The notes: generated by a model from the sequence alone, not told the origin. DNA of 64,000 bases from an uncultured Armatimonadetes bacterium (GCA_963717145.1 OY970325.1:5088001-5152000), one strand, 5' to 3'. Shown: positions 33,720 to 45,062, counted from the first letter of the stretch. Translations and numbers: made by a program.

Positions 33720-33757
33720 AGATTGTTGGGGGGGAGTCCAACTCCCTCCCCAACATC
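33720..33757. terminator. Hairpin after tolC (possible terminator)
   Basis: tgttgggg-ggg-ag...ct-ccc-t-ccccaaca inverted repeat immediately after the stop codon; no clear U-tract. Confidence 0.4.
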
Positions 33758-33797
33758 TGACGCATGGAGGGCGGAGGATTGCTCCCTGGCTCTTTTT

Positions 33798-33927
33798 GGC
33801 GTCGGGAACCTGGTATTTATACCTGATTGTTGCCGGATAACCTTGACGGGAGGGCGAATTCGGCCTAGAATCAAAGTAGGAGATCCGACCAAAGTAGGAG
33901 ACCCGACAGCGCAGCATTCACTTCGCG
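33798..33927 (+). promoter_or_regulatory. Promoter/operator cassette, copy 1 (upstream of GHL10 gene 1)
   Basis: TTGACG(33843)-N17-TAGAAT(33866); tandem GTAGGAGAYCCGAC boxes at 33876 and 33894; 50-bp block identical to 37099-37148. Confidence 0.8.
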
Positions 33928-34005
33928 TAAATGCGAGCACCCCAACGAAGATCTTGCACATCGGCTGTGGTTCCTCTCCGAATAAGACATGAAAGGTAAC
34001 ACTGG

Positions 34006-36976
34006 AATGACGAAGAGCACGTCGGTAGCGCGGCTTTCCAAGATTCTCATAATTGCTGTGCTTGTGATGTTCTGTGCTTGTACCGCCAGGGCTGACGAGT
34101 ACAGAGCTTTTTGGGTAGATGCATGGGGAGCAGGCGCCCTGAACCAGGGCCAGGTGGACACGCTCATGGGAGTGGTGGGCAATGGAAGCAGCCTCGGTAA
34201 GATTCGCGAGGCAAACTGCAATATGGTGATCGTGCAGGTACGAAGGAACTGCGATGCCAACTACCCGTCTTCGATGGGCGAGCCGTATATGGGCGGTCTT
34301 ACGCCCTCGAATTTCAACTCGCTCCAGGCGGTAATCAACGCGGCGCATGATACGACCGGGGGCAAGAAGCGCGTAGAAGTGCATGCCTGGATAGTCACAT
34401 TCCGTACGTCCGGCGGCGCTGTATACGCTGCTCACAGCAGCACCCCGACCGGCAGCCTCACCAACCTCGACAACTACTGGCCGTCTCGCACCTCAGCCGG
34501 TGCGGAGACATCCGACAAGGCCTTCGATCCCGGTCATCCCCTCGCGGAGGAGTACACCGTAAACGTCTGCATGGACCTGGTGAACAACTTCGACATAGAC
34601 GGCATCCACTATGACTACATCCGCTTCACCGGGGGCGATCAGGGCTACAATCCTACCAGCATCGCCAGGTACAACGCGCGCTATGGTCTGACCGGACAGC
34701 CGTCCTCTACGAACGACCAGTTCGATCAGTGGCGGCGAGACCAGATCAGCAATATGGTCCGCAAGGTGTATGCGAAGACACAGGCCTCCAAACCCAATGT
34801 GAAGGTATCCGGCGCGTTCGTCACATGGAACCCCTCGCCAACCGCATCGACAAGGGCCGCGTTCGAGACTACCCGTCCATTTGGAAACCGAACCGACGGC
34901 GTATTCTCGGACTGGGATGCCTGGATGCAGGAAGGCATAGTGGATCTCTCGATCCCTATGACCTACTACAACTACGCCTCGCTGCCCGCCGACTGGACGA
35001 AGTGGATGAACTTCATCAAGGACCGTCAGTTCAATCGGCAGGCGCTTATCGGCCCTGGAATCTACCTGAACTCTCTGTCGAATGCGATCTTGGAGCTTCA
35101 GCAGACCCGCTTAGCATCGCCTTCCGGAAACTATGCAAAGGGCTTTGCCGGTTATTCATACAGGTTGCCATACGCGAGCGGAACATGGGCCAACTTCAGC
35201 CCTCAGTTGGTTTCCCAGGTCACGCCCACGTGGGCCGACATACCGCCCATGCCTTGGAAGACCACCCCAACCAAGGGGCATATCAGCGGCACGGTTACCG
35301 ATGCGGCGACCACCAAGTGGATTGACGGCGGAACGGTTTCCATCACAGGTCCGGAGAGCCGCTCGATGTTCACCGACGGCACCGGGTTCTATGCGTTCAT
35401 CGATCTGGCACCCGGCTCCTATACACTCACTGCGAGTAAGCCCGGATATCCCAACGCCGTGCGAACCGTCGTAGTGGCCGTCGGAGCGGTGACCGGCAAC
35501 ATGTACGTCACCGACATCCCGCTCGGCGGGACACCTGATATCATCGCTCCGACCGTGCCCACGGGTCTGTCGGCCACCGCCGTATCCGGCACGCGGGTCA
35601 ACCTGACGTGGACCGCCTCGACGGACAACGTCGCGGTCACGGGCTACAAGGTGTTCAGGGGCGGCGTTCAGATCGGAACGAGCGCGACGGCGTCATACTC
35701 CGACACGACGTGCACTCCGGCGACGACCTACTCCTACCAGGTGTCGGCATACGACGCCGCGACCAATGAGTCGGCGAAGAGCACGGCCGCTGGAGCGACT
35801 ACTCCCGACACGATCCCTCCGAGCGTCCCGATGAACCTGGACGCCATGCCGATGTCCGGCACGCGCGTCGATCTGACGTGGCCCGCCTCGACGGACAACG
35901 TCGCGGTCACCGGCTACAAGGTCTTCAGGGGCGGCGTTCAGATCGGGGCGAGCGCGACCGCTTCTTACTCTGATACCACCTGTACTCCGGCGACGACCTA
36001 CTCCTACCAGGTTTCGGCATACGACGCCGTGCCCAACGAGTCGGCGAAGAGCACGGGTGCGAACGTTACGACCTTTGACGTCACCGCGCCCGTGATGACC
36101 TCGGTCACCGACGAGATGTACACGACATCCACCGCGAGCCTGCAGGCCACGTGGGCGGCGACCGAGCCTGAGAGCGCCATCATGCGCTACGACTATGCCG
36201 TGGGATCGTCCGCCAATGCGGTAGACATTCGAGGCTGGACAGATGCGGGAGTATCGACCGCTGCGACAATCTCCGGCCTGAGCTTGACGGTCGGAGGAAC
36301 GTATTTCATCTCGGTTCGCGCTGTCAACGACCAGGATCTCGTATCCGATCCGATGTGCTCGGCCGGTGTGACGATCGCCCATGCAGTTGCGAGCATCGCA
36401 GCGGCGAAGGGATATGCGAACGGCACGCCGGTCGCTATCGCGCTCTCGAGTGTCAGTGCCAGGTTTGCCGGTGCATTCTATATGCAGGATGCAAGCAGGG
36501 CTTCGGGCATTCGGGTGGATTCCGCTGACGGCCCGGCTACGAACTACGCTGTTCAGGTGTTCGGTCGGCTGGCCCTGGTGAGCGGATGTGAGAGATCGCT
36601 GGTGGACTGCAAGGTAGTCTCGGGCGCGCTCGGAGCGGTTGTCGAGCCTCTTCTGCTCAACATAAAGGCAGTGGGCGGTCTGCCGTTCGGGAGCTACACC
36701 CCGGGAGTCAACAACGCCACGGGCCTGAATAACGTTAGCCTGCTGATTGCCATCGCGGGCAACGCGACTGCCCTGACGTCCGATGGATTCTACCTGGACG
36801 ACGGATCCGGCGTGCAGGATGACTCGGCGAACAAGGGCATCAAGGTCTGGACCGGTGCAGCGAACTCCGTAACCCAGAACCACCACTATGTCGTGATCGG
36901 CATTGCTTCGTGCAGAGTGGGCGCGGGTGGCGTCGTCTACGCGCAACTGCTCTCCCGCGATATCGTCGAGAGGTAG
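34006..36976 (+). CDS. Secreted GHL10/DUF187 glycoside-hydrolase-like protein with carboxypeptidase-regulatory-like, FN3 and C-terminal domains
   Basis: EYRAFWVDAW, VQVRR, EVHAW, FDPGHP, DIDGIHYDYIRF, WRRDQI; two FN3 repeats (WTASTDNVAVTGYKVFR) with a 270-nt period. Confidence 0.85.
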
Positions 36977-37010
36977 AGACTCGTGGGGTCGCTGACCCCT
37001 GGATCGAAAC

Positions 37011-37055
37011 ATGCGCAGACACCGGTGTGTAACACACATGCCGGTGTCTGCGCAT
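37011..37055. terminator. Hairpin downstream of GHL10 gene 1
   Basis: ATGCGCAGACACCGG / CCGGTGTCTGCGCAT 15-bp stem followed by TTC. Confidence 0.6.
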
Positions 37056-37098
37056 TTCTGTCGCTGTCAGAGTGAGAGATTGCCATACTACTCATTTG

Positions 37099-37228
37099 GG
37101 CGTCGGGAACCTGGTATTTATACCTGATTGTTGCCGGATAACCTTGACTGGAGGCCGGATATAGCCTAGAATGAGAGTAGGAGATCCGACCAAAGTCGGA
37201 GACCCGACAGCGCACGATTCACTTCGCG
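37099..37228 (+). promoter_or_regulatory. Promoter/operator cassette, copy 2 (upstream of GHL10 gene 2)
   Basis: TTGACT(37144)-N17-TAGAAT(37167); boxes GTAGGAGATCCGAC (37177) and GTCGGAGACCCGAC (37195). Confidence 0.8.
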
Positions 37229-37311
37229 CATTGCGGGCAGGATCTAAGCGAAGATCCTGCCCATTGGCTGCGGTTCATCTCCGAATAGACTTGAAGGGCA
37301 ACGGTATAATA

Positions 37312-40300
37312 ATGAAGACTACATCGGTGATTCGGCTTTCCACGATTCTCATGGTCGCCGTTCTTGCGATATGCTGTGCCTGTACTGCCCAGGCTGCGGA
37401 GTACAGAGCATTCTGGGTAGATGCATGGGGAGCCGGCATGCACACCCAGTCTGAGGTGAATCAACTCCTGGGCGTTGTGGGTGATCCCAACAGCAAGGGT
37501 GACATACGAAACGCAAACTGCAATGCTGTGTTCGTTCAGGTACGGCGAAATGCCGATGTCTGCTATCCTTCCGGCGTGGGAGAGCCGTATTTCAGCGGTG
37601 TGACCCCAGGTTTCGATGCCGTGACGGCACTATGTAATGCGGCGCACGATACCACCGGAGGCAAGCAGCGACTGGAAGTCCACGCATGGATCGTCACCTT
37701 CCGCACCTCCGGCGGATACGTCTACACTCTTCACGACGATACCCCAACCGGCAGCTTGACCACGCTGGACAACTACTGGCCGTCTCGTACCGACAGCGGC
37801 GCGGAGACGGGTGACAAGGCTTTCGATCCGGGCCATCCTCTCGTGGAGCAGTATCTGACCAATGTCGCGATGGACCTCGTGACCAACTTCGATATCGACG
37901 GCATACACTACGACTACATACGCTTCACCGGGAACAACGAGGGATACAACCCGACGAGCGTCGCGCGTTACAATGCGCGATATGGTCTCTCCGGAAACCC
38001 ATCTTCCACCAACGAGCAGTGGAAGCAGTGGCGGCGCGATCAGGTATCTGCGCTCGTCCGAAGAGTCTATGCGAAGATTCAGGCTGTGAAGCCGCAAGTC
38101 AAGCAATCCGGAGCGTTCGTCACGTGGAACCCGTCCCCGACCGCTTCGACGCGCTCTGCGTTCCAGGGAACACGCCCTTACTACGATGTGTACTCGGACT
38201 GGGATAGCTGGATTCAGGAGGGCATCGTGGACATGGCGGTCCCGATGACCTATTACAGTTACGCCTCGCTGCCCTCCGACTGGACGAAGTGGATCAACTT
38301 CCTCAAGGACCGCAAGGGCAACCGACATATGATCATCGGCCCCGGCATATATCTGAACTCCCAGTCGAACTCGATCCTGGAGATCCAACAGACTCGGACA
38401 GCATCACCGGCCGGCAACTACGCTCATGGCTTCTGCGGGTACTCGTACCGTGTGCCGTACGTGAGCGGCTCATGGGCAAACTTCAGTCCGCAGTTGTTGT
38501 CGCAGGTGACCCAGACTCCGGATACCATACCGACGATGTCCTGGAAGACCAATCCTACGAAGGGACACATCAGCGGCACGGTTACCTATTCATCCAATGG
38601 CAAATGGGCGGATGGCGCGACGGTGGCCATCTCGGGGCCGGACGTCCGAACCATGACCTGCGACGGCACGGGGTTTTATGCCTTCATCGACGTGACACCG
38701 GGTTCATACACGGTCACGGCCAGCAAGGCCGGATATCCGAACATACAGGTTCCGGTGACCGTTGCCATCGGACAGGTCACCGGCAACATGTACGTCAGGG
38801 ATTTCGCGTTGGGATCCGTTCCTTCGCCGGTCATATCGGCTGTCCAGGCGACCGGCATCACTAACAACGCGGCGACCATTCTCTGGACGACCGATCTGGC
38901 GTCTTCGAGCCAGGTGGAATACGGAACAACGACATCCTACGGCTCTCAGACCACGGTCAACAATACTCCGGTCACGTTGCATTCGGTGGGGCTCTCCGGG
39001 CTGATACCGGACACGCTGTATCACTACCGTGTGATCTCGACGGCCGGCGGGACGAGCACTTCCGGTGACTACACATTCACGACGCTCGGCCCTCCGTCGA
39101 TACTTGATCCCATTACGGTCAACACCACAGCGACCACCGCCACGGTGATGTGGACGACGAGCCAGCCGTCCGACGGTCGGGTGAACTACGGCCCGACCTC
39201 AGCGTACGGCAGCCAGGCCGTGGATCCATATTCGGGCATGACTTCGCACTCCGTGACGATCGTCGGCCTGACGCCTTCAACGCCGTATCACTACCAGTGC
39301 GTCAGCGTGAATGTTTATGGCAGCACCCAGTCTACGGATCGCACGTTCTCGACGGCGTCCACGAGCGCTGATGTCATCGTGGACAATACCGATCCCGGTC
39401 TGGACGAATACGTCCACTAATCCGTCGAGCATGTGGACGGCAGCATCCGCTGCCGGAGTACCGAAGGTGGGCATAAACTACCTCTACAGGACCGGCGACG
39501 GCTCTCTCACCGAGATCGTCTCCACGAGGAAATGCCGCTGGACGCCGATTCTGCCTGTCGCCGGGACTTACGATGTCTATGCCTTCTACCAGAAGGGGAA
39601 CAACCGCAATACCGCGGCCCCATACAAGGTGTACTACGATGGCGGCAACGTCACCAGCATCCAGAACCAGTACTCCACCGAAGGTAACCAGGGCGACTGG
39701 TTCATAATCGGTCAGGATCTGCCGTTCCTGGCGGGGACAAGCGGATATGTCGAGCTGACCAGTATGTCGCTTGATACCAAACTTGTCAGCGCCGATGCAG
39801 CCAAGTGGGTGCTGAAGGTAGCTGCCGACTCGACCGCTCCTGTGATGACCTCGGTGACCGATGAGTTGTACACGACATCCACCGTGAGCCTGCAGGCGTC
39901 GTGGGCCGCGACTGAGCCCGAGAGCACCATCACCCGGTACGACTATGCTGTCGGCTCATACCCCGAAGCCGTGGACGTGAAGGGCTGGACGAGCGCGGGC
40001 ACGGAAACCTCGGCGACCATCACGGAGATCAGCCTGGCGGTCGGAGGCACGTACTTCATCTCGGTTCGTGCCATCAACGACCAGGGGCTGGAATCTGATC
40101 CGATGACTTCAGACGGGGTCACTATCGCCCGCCTCGTGACGGGCATAGCGGACGCCAAGGGCTTCGCCAACGACACGCCTGTCTGCATTCCAGTGACCAG
40201 CGTGAGTGCGAAGTTCGCCAGTGCGTTCTACATGCAGGAAACTGGTCGAGAATCGGGCATTCGTGTGGAATCCAGCGTCGGTCCGGCGAAGGATTACACC

Positions 40301-40726
40301 GTGCAGGTGTATGGACGACTTGGCCTCGTGAACGGCTGCGAGAGAGCCCTGCTCAACTGCAAGATAGTGCCAGGCGGGTTGGGGGCAACCGTGGTTCCAC
40401 TCCTGCTCAACACCAGGTCGGTAGGCGGCGAGCCCTTCGGCCTCTACACGCCGGGGATTACGGGTGGCAGTGGACTGAACAACGTCGGCATGCTGGTTGT
40501 GCTTGCCGGTGATGTGACTGCGGTCGTCGGGGACGGATTCTACCTGGATGACGGGTCCGGCTTGCAGGATGATTCGGTGAACAAGGGCATCAAGATCTGG
40601 ACAGGTGCGCCCGACTCTGCGACCCAGAATGAGACCGCGATCGTCATCGGTGTTGTGTCGTGCAGGGTGGGCACGGGCGGCGTTGTCTACCCGCTGGTGC
40701 TCTCCCGGGATATCATCGAGCCGTAG
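37312..40726 (+). CDS. Second secreted GHL10/DUF187 paralog with FN3-like, golvesin/CBM-like and shared C-terminal domains (frameshift ~39400)
   Basis: Same catalytic motifs as gene 1; W.T....SQVEYG...YG repeats; AGTYDVYA...VSADAAKW; C-terminus homologous to gene 1. Confidence 0.85.
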
Positions 40727-40760
40727 AGCCTCCGGGGGTTTCTGACCCTCTGGTTGAAAT

Positions 40761-40881
40761 ATACACAGACACCGGAATGACCCTCACCCCAGCCCTCTCC
40801 CTCGAAGGGAGAGGGAGCGCCAAACCCCCTCTCCCTTCGAGGGAGAGGGTCGGGGTGAGGGTCATTCCGGTGTCTGTGTAT
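40761..40881. repeat. Long hairpin containing a CCCTCACCCC...CTCTCCC...GGGAGAGG...GGGGTGAGGG palindromic element
   Basis: 30-bp perfect arms 40761-40790 and 40852-40881, with internal CCCTCTCCCT-CGA-AGGGAGAGGG sub-hairpins. Confidence 0.85.
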
Positions 40882-40981
40882 TTGTGCCTCCGTTCGGGTA
40901 AGACTGCATGTAATGACAAGATTGCCCTACGGAGGGACACCGGTTCGACCGGCGCAATCCTATCACAAGGAGGCAGATGGA

Positions 40982-41419
40982 ATGAATGACCAGGAGATCA
41001 GAACCAAGGCGAGAGAGATCATCCGCCAGTGCATGTTCCCGGCGTTTGCGACCGTGGACGAGGACCAGTGCCCGCAGATCCGCGCCATGATGCCGGTTGC
41101 GGTCGAGGACGACTTCACACTCCACTACATCACCGGCCGGATGAGTTCGAAGTGCGGACAGATCAAGGCGAATCCGAAGGTCAGCACGCTTTGGACACAC
41201 GTTGTGGAGCCGATGAGGGATTGGCAGTCGGTGCTTATCAAGGGCCAGGCTAGCATAACTGACGATAAGGCCCTTCGGGAGCGCCACTGGATGGAGGAGC
41301 TAAAGATGGTATTCCCGGGAGGCGTGGACGATCCCAACTACGTGATCCTGATCGTCAAGCCGACTGAGATGATCCTTGCCGACCAGCAGACCATGCCTCC
41401 TCTAGTCGTCAAGCTCTAG
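40982..41419 (+). CDS. Pyridoxamine-5'-phosphate-oxidase-family (general stress protein 26-like) flavin-binding protein
   Basis: ATVDED..P..R.M, T...S.K..QI..NPKV, FPGG.DDPNY. Confidence 0.8.
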   Translation: MNDQEIRTKAREIIRQCMFPAFATVDEDQCPQIRAMMPVAVEDDFTLHYITGRMSSKCGQIKANPKVSTLWTHVVEPMRDWQSVLIKGQASITDDKALRERHWMEELKMVFPGGVDDPNYVILIVKPTEMILADQQTMPPLVVKL

Positions 41420-41447
41420 CGTTCACCGTTCGGAAGGGCAGGTTCGC

Positions 41448-42980
41448 TCAGGGCCTGCCCTTTCTTTCGTGAGGCGTCCAGTAGTTCCGGGGGTCTCGCT
41501 TCATGACATAGCGCGCCCGCGGGAGGGGCAGGGGATCTTCGACTCGCAGCCGCCAGGTGAGAAGCTCCTCCAGGAGTTCCGTCTGTTTCTCGGCATGCTC
41601 GTGCACCCCGTAGAGGTTCCTGACCTCCGACGGGTCGCGCTCGAGGTCATAGAGTTGCCCCGAACCCTGCATGTCGAATACCAGCTTCCAGTCTCCCTTG
41701 CGGACCATGCGCATCTGACCGCTCTGAGTCCATGAGTTCAGGCAGTCGAATCCTCCCCATTCGAGTTTCGCAGGAGTCAGCCCGTCCTCCGCCGGATCGA
41801 GGTCCTCGTGTCGGGTGTAGTGCAATCCGCCGAACCCGTGCTCGACGTAAGCGCTCTCGAACTCCTCCTCCGGGTAATCGCCGCCGGTCAGAAGCGGCCA
41901 GAGACTCCGTCCCTGGACCCCGTCAGGCATCGGAAGCCCGGCTGCTTCACAGAGCGTCGGCATGAGATCGACGATCGAGACGTGCGCGGGATGCGGCTCC
42001 TCCATGGGGCGAATCCCCGGGCCTGTGAACTGCATCGGAATCCGCACCAGCGCCTCGGGCAGCTCAGGCCCCTTGCGCATCAGGCCGTATTCGCCCACGG
42101 AATCCCCGTGGTCGGAGAGAAAGACGACAATCGTGTTCTCCCGCAGGCCCTGAGTGTCGAGAAACTGCACGAACCGCTTGATCTGATCGTCGAGCAGCCT
42201 CAGCATCCCCATGTAGTTCGAGCGCATCCGGGGAATCTGCTCCACGAAGTCCGGGAACGCCTTGATGAACGATTCTCGACACCATTGGAATGGGAAGCCC
42301 TTGACGCTGAGTGCCTCCTCACCGGCGGCCGGATCCGGGAGCGTCTCCGGCGGGAACATCGTATAATAAGGCTCCGGGACCTGGTATGGATTGTGCGGCT
42401 CGGGGAAGCTCAGCCACAGGAGGAATGGGTTCGTGCCCTGAGACTCGATCCACTTCTCCGCCCGAGTGACGAGCCGGTAGGGGATCTGGCACTCCAGGGG
42501 GAACGGCGCGGGCTCGACCGACATGTGGAAGTGCGTCGTCCTGAGCCAGTCGTCGAACGCCTTCTCCTCGGGCGCGCGCTCATGCCCGTCGATGCCGAGG
42601 TGGCCGCACTCGTACCAGAAGTCGGCCTTCTCCCGCTTGAGGTGCGAATGGTTCTTGCCGATGAGCGCCGCCTTGTAGCCGTTCGCGCGGAACAGATCGA
42701 AGAAGTCCGCCGAGTAGCAGGCGTCGGGGACGTTGTGATTCGTCCGCACACGATGAGCGCTCGGATACCGGCCGGTCAGCATGCTGATGCGCGCCGGGGC
42801 ACACACGGGCATGGACGTGTACGCGCGGTCGAACCACGTCCCCTCGTCTGCGAGCGCATCGAGGAACGGCGTCGTGTCGAGCGGGAATCCCTCGCGCCGG
42901 GATAGATCGGCCCGCTGCTGATCGGTCATGATGATGATCACGTTCGGCTTGTCCGGCACAGGCATGACCACACGATACAT
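41448..42980 (-). CDS. Cys-type sulfatase (no signal peptide seen)
   Basis: KPNVIIIMTDQQR, CAPARISMLTGRY (CxPxR), IGKNH, SDHGD, LYDL..DP.E..NL. Confidence 0.92.
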   Translation of the reverse strand: MYRVVMPVPDKPNVIIIMTDQQRADLSRREGFPLDTTPFLDALADEGTWFDRAYTSMPVCAPARISMLTGRYPSAHRVRTNHNVPDACYSADFFDLFRANGYKAALIGKNHSHLKREKADFWYECGHLGIDGHERAPEEKAFDDWLRTTHFHMSVEPAPFPLECQIPYRLVTRAEKWIESQGTNPFLLWLSFPEPHNPYQVPEPYYTMFPPETLPDPAAGEEALSVKGFPFQWCRESFIKAFPDFVEQIPRMRSNYMGMLRLLDDQIKRFVQFLDTQGLRENTIVVFLSDHGDSVGEYGLMRKGPELPEALVRIPMQFTGPGIRPMEEPHPAHVSIVDLMPTLCEAAGLPMPDGVQGRSLWPLLTGGDYPEEEFESAYVEHGFGGLHYTRHEDLDPAEDGLTPAKLEWGGFDCLNSWTQSGQMRMVRKGDWKLVFDMQGSGQLYDLERDPSEVRNLYGVHEHAEKQTELLEELLTWRLRVEDPLPLPRARYVMKRDPRNYWTPHERKGRP

Positions 42981-43066
42981 TCCCTTCTCCCTCACTGTCA
43001 AGCAGCCATTGACGCCCGAGCCACCAGCAGCTACAATGCCTGTATCCACGACCAAAGGAGAAGCCA

Positions 43067-44368
43067 GTGCAGAAGAAGTGCCTGATCATCATACTCGCCA
43101 TCCTCACCATCGTCGGGGCACAGTGCCTCGCCAAGGACCCGGTGCAGACCTCGCCGCTGTTCACCTACGTCAATCAGCCCGACAGCTCCTATGCCTGGAC
43201 CAAAGCCACGGAGACGAAGCTCGAGGGGGGCGCGACCTGGGTCAAGGTGGGCCTGACCTCCCAGACCTGGCAGAAGATCGTCTGGAAGCATGACCTGAGC
43301 ATCATCCTCCCAAAGACGATCCGCGATGGTTCGACCGTGCTCCTCCTCATCAGGCAGGATGCAACCGATCAGAACTACGCTCAGCGGGTGGCAGCCGGCG
43401 CTGATGTCATCGGCATGCCGATCGCCATCCTCGGCGACATCCCCAACCAGCCGCTGTGGGACAAGTATGAAGATGACCTCATCGCCCACACCCTCGTCAA
43501 GGCGATCGAGACCGGCGACCTGACCTGGCCGCTCCTCTTCCCGATGACCAAGAGCGTCGTGCGCGCTATGGACGCGATCCAGTCGCTCGCGAAGAAGGAG
43601 TGGAGAGCGCCCGTCAAGGGGTTCGTCGTGAGTGGCGCATCGAAGCGGGGATGGACCACTTACATGACCGGCGCGGTCGACAAGCGCGTCGTCGGGATCG
43701 GCCCCGGGGTCTACGATTGCCTGAATATGTCCAAGCAGATGGCGCACCAGATCAAGACCTACGGCTCGGCCAGCGCGATGGTCTCGGAGTACGACCAGCA
43801 GGGGCTGGTGCAGTTTGCCATGTCTCCCGAGGGCCGGGAGTTCGCCGCCATGGTCGATCCCTACACGTTTCGGAAGCAGCTCACAATGCCGAAGATGATC
43901 CTCCTCGGCTCGAACGACCCGTACTGGACGCTGGAATCGCCGAGCCTCTACTTCCGCGACCTGCCCGGCGACAACCACATCCACTACTCGCCGAACCAGG
44001 GGCATGTCTCACCGGACGAACTCGATGCTGCATATGCGCTGGCGGCGCTCGCGGTCGCGTGCGGGAAGGGGGAGCATCTGCAGAAGTTGACCTGGAGCTA
44101 TGCGCCGAAGCCGGACGGACTGCAACTGACGATCCGCCCGGGGAAGCAGGCACAAGCGGTCCGCGTCTGGACGGCCAACTCGGACACGAAGGACTTCCGC
44201 CAGGCCAGATGGACCGCGCACACCGTCGAGGGGAAATCCGGCGTCTACGTCTTCACCCTGCCCCGCCCGGAGAAGGGCTTCTCGGCCCTCTTCGGTGAGG
44301 CGGAGTACACCGAAAACGGCCTCGGCTACACTCAGAACACGACCCCCAGGATCTGGCCTGCGAAGTAA
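43067..44368 (+). CDS. PqaA-family (PhoPQ-activated pathogenicity-related) alpha/beta hydrolase-like exported protein
   Basis: LTSQTW, IPNQP, EDDLIA, WPLLFPMTKS..RAMD, GASKRGWT, VDPY. Confidence 0.85.
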   Translation: MQKKCLIIILAILTIVGAQCLAKDPVQTSPLFTYVNQPDSSYAWTKATETKLEGGATWVKVGLTSQTWQKIVWKHDLSIILPKTIRDGSTVLLLIRQDATDQNYAQRVAAGADVIGMPIAILGDIPNQPLWDKYEDDLIAHTLVKAIETGDLTWPLLFPMTKSVVRAMDAIQSLAKKEWRAPVKGFVVSGASKRGWTTYMTGAVDKRVVGIGPGVYDCLNMSKQMAHQIKTYGSASAMVSEYDQQGLVQFAMSPEGREFAAMVDPYTFRKQLTMPKMILLGSNDPYWTLESPSLYFRDLPGDNHIHYSPNQGHVSPDELDAAYALAALAVACGKGEHLQKLTWSYAPKPDGLQLTIRPGKQAQAVRVWTANSDTKDFRQARWTAHTVEGKSGVYVFTLPRPEKGFSALFGEAEYTENGLGYTQNTTPRIWPAK

Positions 44369-44420
44369 CCGGTTGACGAACCCGAGAGGACAGGCGGGTT
44401 CGTTCCGGTGAATGGTATCG

Positions 44421-44609
44421 CTAGACACGGCGCTTTCGTCGGCGGCTGGACCGGGCCTGGTTCCACCAATCCGCCAGCGCGCCTGTCCCCGCCATCTCGC
44501 GGATCTTCCTGATCTGTTCGTCCACGGGAAGGCCCGCCAGTTCGTCCTGTACCTTGCGCTGTATTTCGTCCTTCATCCTCAAGACATCCAATCCATCTCT
44601 TGCGCTCAT
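44421..44609 (-). CDS. Small protein downstream of the PIN gene (candidate antitoxin)
   Basis: 62 aa, D.L.MK.EIQ motif; its ATG abuts the PIN stop codon. Confidence 0.55.
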   Translation of the reverse strand: MSARDGLDVLRMKDEIQRKVQDELAGLPVDEQIRKIREMAGTGALADWWNQARSSRRRKRRV

Positions 44610-45062
44610 TCATACCACCTCTTTGGGACTATGTATCGCGATCGCGCCGTATCCTTCTCGAAGGTTGACTGCGTTGTAACCACGTATCTTGTCAAAATGC
44701 ACAATGTGCCTGAAGTTCCAACTCACTATAATGTCGCAATTGGCCACCGAAGCGATAGCCACATGGAGCGCATCGTTCTCGTTGGAGTGGCCCACGACGT
44801 CGGCGGCAAGGTACGCTCGGTGCAGGACAACAGCCTCATCCGTAGTTTCAACCGTCTCGATCAGATCCGCCGGCAAGGCGGCCAAGTAATCGCGTACTCT
44901 CTCGGGCGCAAGCTCGATCTCTGCTACGAGCAGATCCGAGATCACAAGCTCCGCGTCTCCGCGGCGGGCCATGTCGAAAAGCGCCAAGCTCTCGGACGTG
45001 AACTCGGAATCGAAACATCCACCTACGACGGACGCATCAATATACACGCGGGGTCGTTTCAT
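44610..45062 (-). CDS. PIN-domain protein (VapC-like nuclease)
   Basis: RVYIDASV.GGCFD.EF, S.L...EI, DALHVAIA, D.IVSWNF.HIV, I.SP.EV. Confidence 0.88.
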   Translation of the reverse strand: MKRPRVYIDASVVGGCFDSEFTSESLALFDMARRGDAELVISDLLVAEIELAPERVRDYLAALPADLIETVETTDEAVVLHRAYLAADVVGHSNENDALHVAIASVANCDIIVSWNFRHIVHFDKIRGYNAVNLREGYGAIAIHSPKEVV

